Assembly: GCF_964355755.1 (NCBI RefSeq)
Contig: NC_092673.1
Location: 12,868,948-12,932,947 of the forward strand
Reading direction: 5' to 3'
Origin: Antedon mediterranea
Taxonomy: Eukaryota; Animalia; Echinodermata
Length of the DNA stretch: 64,000 bases
Shown: positions 25,401 through 37,100 of the stretch, piece by piece
How positions within the stretch are numbered: the first letter of the stretch is position 1
Layout: each line of letters begins with the position of its first letter
The notes under the pieces: model-generated
Database searches by the model: none
Seen by the model: only the letters and a program-made list of their open reading frames with translations
Told to the model about the DNA's origin: nothing
Position numbers and translations under genes: made by a program

Positions 25401-28400
25401 TTATTTTTCTCCATGCCTGTCCCTATTTCTATCTTTTCTATAGCTGTCCCTTTCTCCCTTATCCCTGTCCCTTTCTCCCTTATCCCTATTTCTGTCTTCC
25501 CTATCCCTATTTCTGTCTCCCCTATCCCTATTTCTGTCTCCCCTATCCCTATTTCTGTCTCCCCTATCCCTGTCCCTTTCTCCCTTATCCCTGTCCCTTT
25601 CTCCCCTATCCCTGTATTTTTCTCCCCTATCCTTGTATCTTTCCCTATCTCTATCTAGTTTTTTGTCTCTTTCTTCCCTGTCTCGTTCCCTAGACCTTTG
25701 CCTTTCTCTTCTATCTACACCATACCTATCTCTTCTTCCATACTTATGTTCCTCTTCTCTTTTTTGACTAAGTACGATTGGCTTCTTAAAAGGTCGATCT
25801 TTACCTCCGAATCGAAGTTGGCCAGATTCTTTTTTACCTCCAAACCCACCACCTGGAAGCAATATTAATAGAAAAATTAGTTATTATAAAGATTGAATAA
25901 TATTTATTTTACATAAATAAATGATCAAAATAATATATTTGTTGTTACAGTGTATTTAATTTGAAAATATTATTTCCAGCATTTGTCCTAATTTTGCTGC
26001 ACTAACCATCAATATCATTATTTTTATTTTTATACAATTTATCTAATATCGACAGATTTATAGTGTATGCAGGCAAAACTAATTATACTAGTATACACAT
26101 GGTACAATTAAAAACACTAACATAAATTTTAGACAATTTAATTAATTTATCAAAAACTAAAAAAATACATTTTTGATATATATTTATTATCCAAATATTA
26201 ATGCTACTAAATTGTTCTCATAATTTCACATATCTCCACCGAAACCAATGAAGGTTACGTGCTCACATTTGGCACACCAATGTTTATTGAGGGGCACACA
26301 CAATAGGCTATATCACTTTCCTGAATTTTAAGGAAAAAATAAACACCATGCCAGGCCGCTAAAGTAAAACAGTGTTTTGTCAGCCGGCCAACCGTATTTA
26401 CTGATTGCATAGTAGAAGTTTAAATTAATTAAACATACTGTATCCTTTCATTCATTCATTCATTCATCTTTTATTTCGGAAAAAAAAAAATTCTCCATAG
26501 TTCAGTAACAAATTAGTGTACATTATTGCAAATATAACAAATACATATATATATATTAAAAAAAAAAAAACCTACACGACATAGTCACGTGGTTAGAACA
26601 ATAGCTTCATCCATCTACTATGTAGATTGGATGAAGGAAAAGCAAATTCATGAATACATTTTATGACAATATTGTCTGACCTCCCTAACCTGCACAACAT
26701 GCCAAACACCACCTTACGTTGTAGTTCGTAGAACGAGCAGATGTGGTTTTCTACAAACATGGTGCTGGCACTGCATGACCTAGGTTTATTAAGGAGCAGG
26801 CGTAAGGCATTGTTGAAGCACAGCTTTAGTGCTTCCATAGATTTTACATTAAAATTTGCCCACAAAGAAGCACAGTATAAGTTACTGAACTGAATGAACC
26901 ACGGCTAGCTCAGTAGGTAAAACGCTGTGGCCATTGATATCAATGCTTAGTATGTTTGAATCCGCGAAATGTGTAAATAAAAAGTATCAAATAAAAAAAC
27001 AAAACTAGTCCCATAAAGTCTCATATCCAGTATTGATTTAATTTTTGAGCTTTTTAAAAAAAAATAATTTGTCAGAGTACTTTTATATTATAAGAGTGCA
27101 CTTTTATTATACTTACTCATCCCATGCGAATTAGTATATAACCACATATTAAAGTAGAAAAAGACGAGTTACTGCTAGTTCTTTAAAAAACCCATCATAA
27201 AACAGCATGATGTACAGTAATTACACTATAACATGTTCAACTACACCAACCTAAACGCCTTGGTATCCAGCCTTCTAGTGTCCTTGCTATTTCTTTATCA
27301 ACGTAAATTTCATTTCCATCTATGTAGATATAGTTTGCTTCGTCTATTGCACGATACGCATCTCTCTCATCAATATATTCAATAAAAGCATAGCCTTTTG
27401 AAAAACCAGTTACAATATCACGAACCAGACGCAGGCGTTTGATTTCACCGTATTTTTGGAAAAGCTAAATAAGAAATAAGTGTATAATAAAATAAGGTAG
27501 TAAAATATAAATACTTTTCAGTCATAATACATATATAGTATTGTTATTCATGTAACTGTAGTTTTCATACAATGTATTTGAAACTCATAAAATATTCTCA
27601 CCATCAAACTAATATACATTCATTATTTGTATAATTATGGAAGAAATATTCAAGGTAAAAGATAAATACTGTATGAATCATAATTGTTTTGGATTGAATT
27701 CATCATAAAATCAAATTTTAAAAATCTGTATGAATAAATTTGTTGTATTTGGAGAGGGTAGTTTAAAGTTTGACACTTTGACCAGACAAGCAACAGTAAC
27801 AATAATTTAAAAGATTAGCAACATTGGATCATTTCATTTTACATGCTAATTTGTTAATATGTTGTGATCTGGTACTATAGGTAATATTTAACTGATATTT
27901 TAATATTATAATATATTTTTTTAAGGATTGAATGACAAAAATCTATGATAGCATACTGGTACACAGTGTACTTCAAATGTTACAGTATAATCTCATGGGG
28001 AAAATAAATCCATGATATACAGTATCAGTTTAACAAACCGTGTTTAAAGTTTCTTCGGTTGTGTTTAAATTTAACCTTCCAACAAATATTGAACATTCAG
28101 CTGAGCTATCAAGGGTTTTGTCTGGATTATATCTGGCCTGAAATTAAACAAAAAGTTTATTTACTCACAATAACACGGTGGCCAATTCTAGAAAAAGAAA
28201 ACTGACTTGACTCATTTAATGATTTTTAAATGAACAAATTAGATAGGCTACATAATTTGAACACAATTACATTACCTGTTTTTATTTAAAAAGAGTTCAA
28301 AAGAACCAAAACACACTAATTATACAGTATAATACATACTTTCAAGGCTCTTTCTACAGCTCTATCGTGAGCTCGATCATCTGTACCATCTATGCTACCT

Positions 28401-28450
28401 GCCTTTAGAGGATCATACACAACTGCTATTGCAGTCCATTTGCTCTCCAT
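25401..28450 (-). CDS. SNRNP35: U11/U12 small nuclear ribonucleoprotein 35 kDa, 4 coding exons
   Basis: Exons 28450-28340, 28137-28039, 27464-27251, 25852-25401. Translation MESKWTAIAVVYDPLKAGSIDGTD..HDRAV, RRM (IFVGRLN, RLRLVRDIVTGFSKGYAFIEY), [29 protein letters not shown] is diagnostic of SNRNP35; C-terminal RD/RE repeats. Confidence 0.96.
25415..25655. repeat. Coding 21-bp minisatellite (RGDRNRD/KGERDRD heptads) in the SNRNP35 last exon
   Basis: ccctatccctatttctgtctc / ccttatccctgtccctttctc repeated about 11 times. Confidence 0.85.
26447..26885 (-). mobile_element. 5'-truncated non-LTR retrotransposon 3' fragment with (TGAA)n tail, in SNRNP35 intron 3
   Basis: ORF 26593-26865 (LW..FNNALRLLL..PRSCSASTMF) resembles a LINE RT C-terminus; AATAAA and an (ATGA)n tail at 26447-26475. 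Confidence 0.7.
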
Positions 28451-28714
28451 ATATTGAGTTTTTTATCATCCAATTTACAATTAAAGTTACTAAACATTTG
28501 CAAAAAAAAAGAAGAAACTACTGATTTAAAGTAAAAAGTACAGTAAAGTAGAAAACATCATATATTTTTATACCATCATCATTTCATAATATTAATAATC
28601 TGGTGGTAGGATTTGTTGCTCTGGTAGGTATCTGGTGGTGTTTAGTAGGACCCATCAGGCTTAACACATAAGAGGTGTTTAAGTCAAGGTCAAATTGTTT
28701 GGACAATGGCATTA

Positions 28715-28975
28715 ATAGGGAGGTTTCGCAACCTTACGAATACGATAACGAAAACGGATACGTCACACATTTGTGAAACTTTTGAGCCCCATTTCATATT
28801 GGTAAAGCGTATTCGTGTTGACGAATATCACCAGTCACTTATTATTCGTAACTACAAAACGAGTATTGTATTTGATCTATTTTGCACACTTTGCATTTGA
28901 ATCAGGAATGATTCATGATTACAATATAATTATACTTTTATTGAAAGTAATTTACTAAAATGCAAGGTCAATGCA
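28715..28975 (+). mobile_element. MITE-like repeat with ATAGGGAGGTTTCGCAA terminus; copies at ~30525-30793 (+) and 48265-48744 (-)
   Basis: Near-identical sequence at three places; the 48.3-48.7 kb copy is inserted in a Kolobok-B remnant. Superfamily is uncertain (Harbinger/ISL2EU-like terminus). Confidence 0.6.
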
Positions 28976-29689
28976 TATATTTAATGCATTTATTGGTGAA
29001 AATTACGTTCAATTTAAATATATTTAAATATCAATACAATTGAAATGTTACTGTTGATACTCTACACGGTTTCGTTTTTAAGAATAAACATCGACAAATT
29101 CATCATCAAAGCCGATAAATAGATTCGGTCCGGTACTATTCGGCTCTGAGACGATTCAGCACACTTAAATTTATCGGCTTTAATATGCATTTTAATAAAA
29201 TAAGCTTTTTTCCCCAAACTTTATTTTCGGAGAGACTATGGTAGGCCTGGCCCTAGTACTACTACTATACTAGGGATGAAGATGCAATAAAACAAACATT
29301 TTAAAAACATTGTCGAACATTGTCCCGGGCCGAATCGTCCCGCTGCCCAATTTACCCTACTAGGAACTAGCGCCGGCCTACTTTACTAGGCCCCCTATAC
29401 TATAGGCTATAGGCCTAGCTAGCTAGTCCTTATAGCGAGTCCTTTCTTTGTTGGTTGAAGCGTAAGCTGATTCAGTAATTTAATTCTGAAACTGCTAAGT
29501 TTGTATAAATGTGTTGCTTTTCACCAACCTGCAGTACCATCTCAAACTAATATTATTATTCCATTACTATTTTCAGGTTGTCTCTTTCACACATCTCAAA
29601 CCACATGCTCTAATATTAATAAATAAAATGGATATATCTATGGAACGCCGACGAGGCAGCGAGGCACGAAGAAAATGTATGCGACTACA

Positions 29690-29858
29690 AATTTGCAGCA
29701 ATATTGATAATATAGATGCCAGAAATCTGTTTACTTTAGTAGAAGGGTCCAGAACTAGAGGCCATAAATGGAAAATGAATAAAGACATATTTCATCAAAA
29801 AATCAGACAAAAGTTCTTCACACAAAACATATGTAACGTCTGGAATAAATTACCGTAA
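29690..29858 (+). mobile_element. CR1-type LINE RT C-terminal fragment at the duplication junction
   Basis: SRTRGHKWKM...RQKFFTQNICNVWNKLP matches the CR1 C-terminal TRGH...FF....WN.LP motif. Confidence 0.75.
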
Positions 29859-29871
29859 CGGTCATATAATC

Positions 29872-32581
29872 TATTTTTTTAAGGATTGAATGACGAAAAT
29901 CTATGATAGCATACTGGTGGTACACGGTGTACTTCAAATGTTACAGTATAATCTCATGGGAAAAATAAATCAAATGCACCTATTAAATTTCACCTCAAAG
30001 CAGGCAATATCTGTATAATTATGGAGGAAATTCTTATTCATTTCCTCCATGACATACAGTATCAGGAAAAGTTTAACAAACCGTGTTTAAAGTTTCTTCA
30101 GTTGTGTTTAAATTTAACCTTCCAACAAATATTGAACATTCAGCTGAGCTATCAAGGGTTTTGTCTGGATTATATCTGGCCTGAAATCAAACAAAAAGTT
30201 TATTTACTCACAATAACATGGTGGCCAATTCTAGAAAAAGAAAACTGACTTGACTCATTTAATGATTTTTAAATGAACAAATTAGATAGTCTACATAATT
30301 TGAACACAATTACATTACCTGTTTTTATTTAAAAAGAGTTCAAAAGAACCAAAACACACCAATTATACAGAATACTGTACATACATCATCATTTCATAAT
30401 ATTAATAATCTGGTGGTAGGATTTGTTGCTCTGGTAGGTATCTGGTGGTGTTTAGTAGGACCCATCAGGCTTAACGCACAAAAGGTGTTTAAGTCAAGGT
30501 CAAATTGTTTGGACAATGGCATTAATAGGGAGGTTTCGTAACCTTACGAATACGATAACGAAAACGGATACGTCACACATTTGTGAACTTTTGAGCCCCA
30601 TTTCATATTGGTAAAGCGTATTCGTGTTGACGAATATCACCAGTCACTTATTCGTAACTACAAACGAGTATTGTATTTGATCTATTTTGCACATTTTGCA
30701 TTTGAATCAGGAATGATTCATGATTACAATATAATTATACTTTTATTGAAAGTAATTTACTAAAGTAATTTACTAAAATGCAAGGTCAATGCATCTATAT
30801 ATAAATTATGGTTAATTCTGACATAGGCGAGCACAATGCAAAAACTTCTCTACAAATCTCCGCCTTGGATACCTACCTTATCTATCCGAGATGTACCGCG
30901 AAACGTAGATTTGATAACATTAGTGTGCACGCCGACGCTATTGTTCCATATTTATATCTTAGGAAGATATTATAAAGAGTTTTTTAACAACATTTATGAT
31001 TTCAACATTGGATTTTCCTCTCAAATTCAATTCTTCCCGGTCAAAGTAATTTCCGGGTTTAAGATAAGTTCACCTTAGTTTCAAATATTTTCTCTCTTTT
31101 GTACACAAGGGAGTAGTTAAAATAATAGATTTGACCCTAAAGGTGACTGGAAACAGGTTTGGAAGACGAAAAAAAAATTGGCCATTAATCATAGCCAATT
31201 CAGTTTTTTGTTTATTTTAAAACATACCACACGTGTGTGAAGGTACAGTAGTTAAATAATAGGAATTATACTGCAAATTAATAAAGATCAAATTAAATAT
31301 TCGCCATAAAGAATCAGAATATATTGTGGGGAATAGTACAGTATTATAAAATTACATAGGGAGATTTGATAAGACATTTGTCGAGTGAAATCCCGATAGC
31401 TGAGTTTTATTGAGTAAGCTTGCAGGAATAACTGTAGGCTATCTTCCTGTGTCCCGTTAGGACCGAGATGTCTGCCCATGTTGCAAGCCGTAATGTCTTC
31501 TTTCAAAAGATGATTAAATTAAATAATGTATTAATAATTATTAGGATGGTATTCATTTGAATAAACGCCCCTCCAATAAAACATCACTTTGAATAATAAC
31601 AACCCCCCACCCCCACAACCCAACTATCTAATAAACGTCCATCCACATATTTATAATAACACAATTATACTATTTGTAGTAGAATTCACCGCACTGTTAT
31701 CTGCAATTTACCAAGCATTTGTTATTCTTTTTTACCACTTTTCATATCTATGAGAAGATTTCATTTGATTATAAATGTTACCAAATTTAACATATATCCC
31801 TCGAATAAGCACCTCCCTCAAATGACCTCCGCCTCCCCAAAGGGCCCTACCAAACAATAAAAACTATACTTTAAAATGTTATTAATCATCTAAAACACTG
31901 TGAAACAAAGTAGTTCAGTTTTACGAATGTCAAGCATTTTCAATAATGGTAACCGACAGAAAATGTATAAGGAGAACATTATCATTCCGAGAACCATCGT
32001 CTACACTTCCTAGAGGGGGAGCGAGCGAAGCGAGCTCACCCTCTAGTATATTTAATGCATTTTTTGGTGAAAATTACGTTCAATTTAAATAGGCCTATAT
32101 TTAAATACAATACAATTGAAATGTTACTGTTGATACTCTACACGGTTTCGTTTTTAAGAATAAACATCGACAAATTCATCATCAAAGCCGATAAATAGAT
32201 TCGGCCCGGTACTAATCGGCTCTGAGTGAGACGATTCAGCACACTTCTTAAATTTATCGGCTTTAGGCCTAATATGCCTTTTAATAAAATAACTTAATAA
32301 AATAAGCTTTTTTCCCCAAACTTTATTTTCGGAGAGACTATGGTAGGCCTGGCCCTAGTATTACTACTATACTAGGGATAAAGATGCAATAAAACAAACA
32401 TTTTAAAAACATTGTCGAACATTGTCCCGGGCCGAATCGTCCCGCTGCCCAATTTACCCTACTAAGGTAGGCCTAGCCTAGCCTAACCTAGTCCTTATAG
32501 CGAGTCCTTTCTTTGTAGGTTGAAGCGTAAGCTGATTCAGTAATTTAATTCTGAACCTGCTAAGTTTGTATAAATGTGTTG
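29872..32581. repeat. Direct duplicate of 27912-29516 (SNRNP35 5' region) containing a pseudo-copy of exon 2 (30082-30180, -)
   Basis: High-identity colinear copy. It lacks 28340-28574 (the ATG exon) and is interrupted by a Helitron at 30794-32046. Confidence 0.92.
30794..32046 (+). mobile_element. Non-autonomous Helitron (1253 bp)
   Basis: 5' TCTATATATAAATT, 3' hairpin ctagagggggagc..gctcaccctCTAG; inserted between A and T with no TSD. The empty site gca|tatatttaatg is visible in the paralogous copy at ~28975. Confidence 0.92.
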
Positions 32582-32889
32582 AGCTATCACAAGCTCGGTG
32601 GTCTAGAGAGATATTAGTGTAGGCCTAGTTAGTATGGGGGTTATGGGTGAGCCCCGGTACAAATTAATTTAAAGTCAGCAAACACCAGATCAATATTAAT
32701 AAATTTAGTATTCATATTTTTATTTTAGCCCATTATCTCATACTGATTTATTTAAAACTATCTATTTTAAACTAACTGTTTCATAATAATCAGAGATATG
32801 ATCAAATATACCATATTTTTTTTGTCGTTTTATCATCATGGACCTCAAGTTATATAGTTCAATATATTCATGGTTTTACCATCATCCTG

Positions 32890-33240
32890 GAGGCATAACA
32901 AAATACTGGACAAGGAACTATAATGTATGCCACACCTGAAACTTCTATGCGCTCATATCTCATCAGATGATCTTACATAGGACTATCATGTTGTTGCTAA
33001 AAAAAACTACAGCCTGTAACAAGACCATTGGATTTATTAGATTCATCTCTGGCCAGATCGGCAAAGCACTTCTGTCTCTCCTCATGTATTGTTGCATTTT
33101 ATGGTAGGCCCTACCCATATCGCGAAAAGCACAAGTTCATTCTAGAACAAATAGGCCTACAGCGAAAGGGCAACTCGAATGATTTTGCATCAACGTCGAC
33201 TTGAACAGCCATATGACCAGAAACTTCTTCAGCTAAAAAA
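32890..33240 (+). mobile_element. Decayed CR1-type RT C-terminal relic
   Basis: Relics ACNKTIGFIR, YCCILW, LEQI-QRx-ATRMIL (compare LERVQRKATRII at ~54295), QPYDQKL. Confidence 0.6.
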
Positions 33241-33732
33241 AGATGTACTCATTAACAATGAATACTTAACTGATTAATATCAATCATCGTCATCAGGAAA
33301 TATTATCATTTAAAAGACTTAAATCTCGGACTGATAGTGCATTGCATTTTGCTTACCTGTAGGCAACTGTCTTGTAGACTTTGGGATGCATTACTATCCA
33401 TGGATTTAGAAATGCTTTTATCTTATTAAAATGGAATACATTTAAAAGTAATCTAAAGGAAACATTAGCAACAAATGAAATCAGTACTTTGTACTTAGTA
33501 CATATATATATTAACATTTAAAACATATTTTAATGTAAATTATAAATAATTATTTTATAGTTATTTATTAACATTTACATATAAATCCAAAGGCAAATTA
33601 CTGAAAAAAATGACAATGCTGTGGGTATCAGTGGCTGGATCTTCAATGGAGATACAAAAATAAAAAGCAAAAAGCTAAATCAAAACGATAAAGTAAACAG
33701 CCAGAAAAGTTCATATATAAACTATAGGCTTA

Positions 33733-33786
33733 ATATAATCGGGGAGTTATTATTATTATTATCTAATAACAACTCCCTGATATAAT
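33733..33786. mobile_element. 40-bp imperfect palindrome with 7-bp direct repeats (putative P-like excision footprint)
   Basis: ATATAAT|CGGGGAGTTATTATTATTATTATCTAATAACAACTCCCTG|ATATAAT. Confidence 0.55.
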
Positions 33787-33884
33787 TGTGCTTACCGGGT
33801 ATAGCCTCCATGCATGCACAGTTTGCCGTGATGTTTTCACACACTCGTATTGTGACCACAGAGAAGAGATTACCGCAGCGTTCC

Positions 33885-33980
33885 ATATTTAGATTTCCTC
33901 ATCCGAGAAATCTAATGACATCACTTGCAGCCTTCTGTGTGTAACGTAAAACAGGGGATTTCCCTTAGCTCTATAATAGG
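33885..33980 (+). promoter_or_regulatory. Candidate promoter of the IL-17 receptor gene: CRE/AP-1-like, kB and TATA-like sites
   Basis: TGACATCA 33916-33923, GGGGATTTCCC 33954-33964 (canonical NF-kB site), TATAATA 33972-33978, about 210 bp upstream of the signal-peptide ATG. Confidence 0.5.
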
Positions 33981-34186
33981 ATGCCTACTAGGAAACGATG
34001 CAAGCTGATTATATTGTTGGTTGTGTGAGCATTGCGAGTTTATTACTTTACTCTTCTCTTGAGTGATGATAAGGGAAGTAACGGAGAAGTTTAGGTATTA
34101 GTCTTTTTATTACTGAAAAAAGTACTTTTGAGTTATTTTTTTCTCTTTATCGAATTTTGACAGGGACATTTTTTACGGCTTCTATT

Positions 34187-37100
34187 ATGTTTACCGATAC
34201 GTGCAGTCGTGTGGTCGTAAGACCGTTGGTTGTCCTGCTATTGGTTGTATGCTCGGTAGAAGGCGATTACACCCCTCAATGTCATAAAGACTGTTCTTGG
34301 GAGGTAAGCAAGCGATTTTAAAATGTATTTAAAGTATTTACGGTACCTTGTCCTTGAGTTTTTATGTGTTTAGATTTCGTGGTTTTAACTTATTTGATGT
34401 TTAAAGAACAATTTAAAATGTAGATTTTATTGACGTATTAATACTATTATGCTCTTATACATATGACTATACAACAAGACCATATACATGGCTGCAGTCG
34501 CAAGTTAGTGTTTACCGACTGACCAATCGACCGACATAGTGAGCTGTAGAGTCGCGTTGCACCTGACTAAAAACAGTATAGGCCTACCTTTGTTTGTTAT
34601 AGCTAGTTAGGTAATACTGTATGTGATAGTTATACCAGGGAGTTGTTAACAACTCCCTGGTTATACAAAGTATCTCATTATGAATATGATCGGATACATT
34701 TGTGGGTGGGAGAGAGCTACCCCTATTTGAATTTGAAGTGCAGATCGGTTTTTAAAAGTAGGGGAGGGGTGGGGCAGGGAACTTTGGGCGCCACGGGGCC
34801 GTAAAGCCCCCCAGAAGCCTGGCTCTTTGAGCAATCTATAGGTCGTTTCAATCGATTTCTGAGCAGATACAAATTTCGCCAAGAAGAATACAATTATTTT
34901 GGGTTAAGCCTGGTTTCCATAAAATCGCTACACCGACAGAGCGTAGCGATTCTATGGAAACGCTCGAATTTATCGGGGATCTAGTACGCGATCGCTAAAT
35001 ATTCTTTGGTACGTGTATACGATTCATCGCCGACAACATGGTTGAACTTTGCCGATTTTTCTGCGATGAATCGGGGAGACCTCCCCGATGCGCGTCGGCG
35101 ACATCTGCTCGTGTACCGTTTCAGTGGAAACGGTGTAGCGATTTTATGGGAACCAGGCTTAAATACTCACTTTTTAGGCACAGCTCCTGATGCGCCACTG
35201 GTTATATTCACATCAAATCTATTCTTCTTAGATACTGTATTTTCTGAAATTACATCATTACGTCATGTGTGTCATTGTTACTTTCTATTTCATCAACAAT
35301 TTAATGATTTTGCTGTTTGAAAAGTAAGGGGGACAATTTCCCACTAAAAAAAATATCCCCCCTCTGAACAATCAGAGTTGTGATTTCCACTAGAAGTGAA
35401 AGCGGTTCAAGAATTGAGATCAGATCCAGTAGGTATTTCATGGAATTTACGTTGGCCTACCCTGCAAGCTAGAGGCAAAAACGGTTCATCATCAACTTAA
35501 CATTACTAGCATAGGGTAATTTTAGAGTTGATGTTAAAGAATTGAAATGTGAACGTACCTTCTGGAAATCACTCAGGCACTGTCTATCTGTCTACCTGCT
35601 TTTATATTCGTGTGGTGGGTAACAAAATTCCATTCAGTGAAATATGAAATTTTATTATCAGAGGTGAAGCCAGGGTGAAAATAGAGTTTCATATTTCACC
35701 TTATATGAAGTTATATGTACCTCATAAACATTCATTATTTGTATACTATTACAACATTGGCAAATATTGTATCAATCTATATTCCTTAATCTATATTCCC
35801 TCACAAATATGTATGCTGAATACCCAATTAACCCATATACCCAATTAACCCATATACCCAATTAACCCATATACCCAATATACTCATATACCCAATTACC
35901 CATATACCCAATTAACCCATATACCCAATTAACCCATATACCCAATTAACCCATATACCCAATATACTCATATACCCAATTAACCCATATACCCAATTAA
36001 CCCATATACCCAATTAACCCATATACCCAATTAATCCATATACCCAATTAACCCATATACCCAATATACTCATATACCCAATTAAATCCATATACCCAAT
36101 TAACCCATATACCCAATTAACCCATATACCCAATTAACCCATATACCCAATTAACCCATATACCCAATTAACCCATATACCCAATTAACCCATATACCCA
36201 ATTAACCCATATACCCAATTAACCCATATACCCAATTAACCCATATACCCAATTAACCCATATACCCAATTAACCCATATACCCAATTAACCCATATACC
36301 CAATTAACCCATATACCAAATTAACCCATATACCCAATTAACCCATATACCCAATTAACCCATATACCCAATTAACCCATATACCCAATTAACCCATATA
36401 CCCAATTAACCCATATACCAAATTAACCCATATACCAAATTAACCCATATACCCAATTAACCCATATACCCAATTAACCCATATACCCAATACCATATAC
36501 CCAATTAACCCATATACCCAATACCATATACTGTACCCAATTAACCCATATACCCAATTAACCCATATACCCAATACCATATACCCAATTAACCCATATA
36601 CCCAATTAATTTGATTGCAGCTTTAACAACCGGTGCTTTGTATTTTTCTGTGGTGATGTAGTGTGTTTTTCAAAACAATACAATTTTAGATTCAACCAGG
36701 AAAGTAAGATGATGCCTATTGACCCTAGTTTTAATTGTAATGACTTTTGAAGTGTTTCCTGTATTTAACCGGATTTGCGGTTTAATAATAGTATTGAAAC
36801 CTGCATTTAGTGCTGTGGTAATGACTTTACAGGCAATTTCTCACCAGTACACTAGTATTTTAGGCCCCTATTTAATATGCCAAAAAAAAAAATATTGATC
36901 ATGCATTTTAGTAAATAAGGAATAATTCATGTATTTCTTGTAATGATATGACACAGCATTACTAACATCGCAAAGCTTTCCACTGTCAGTTACATCAGTT
37001 GCATTAAGATATAATACTGCATTTCGGCTAATTGTGCTCTTAAACCGTTTGGTTCAATGGGTGGTCGCCGATGAATATAATTAGCAATATCCAAAATGCG

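Noticed and set aside
25338-25658. 106-aa hydrophobic ORF (PISVSPI repeats) on the plus strand
   Set aside because: Antisense shadow of the SNRNP35 RD/RE minisatellite.
26900-26970. tRNA-like segments here and at ~20770-20845 and ~58045-58090
   Set aside because: Only partial A/B-box resemblance and no cloverleaf; probably old SINE heads.
35820-36609. CRISPR-like array or true telomere
   Set aside because: No unique spacers, eukaryotic intron context, and the unit is 17 bp rather than TTAGGG.
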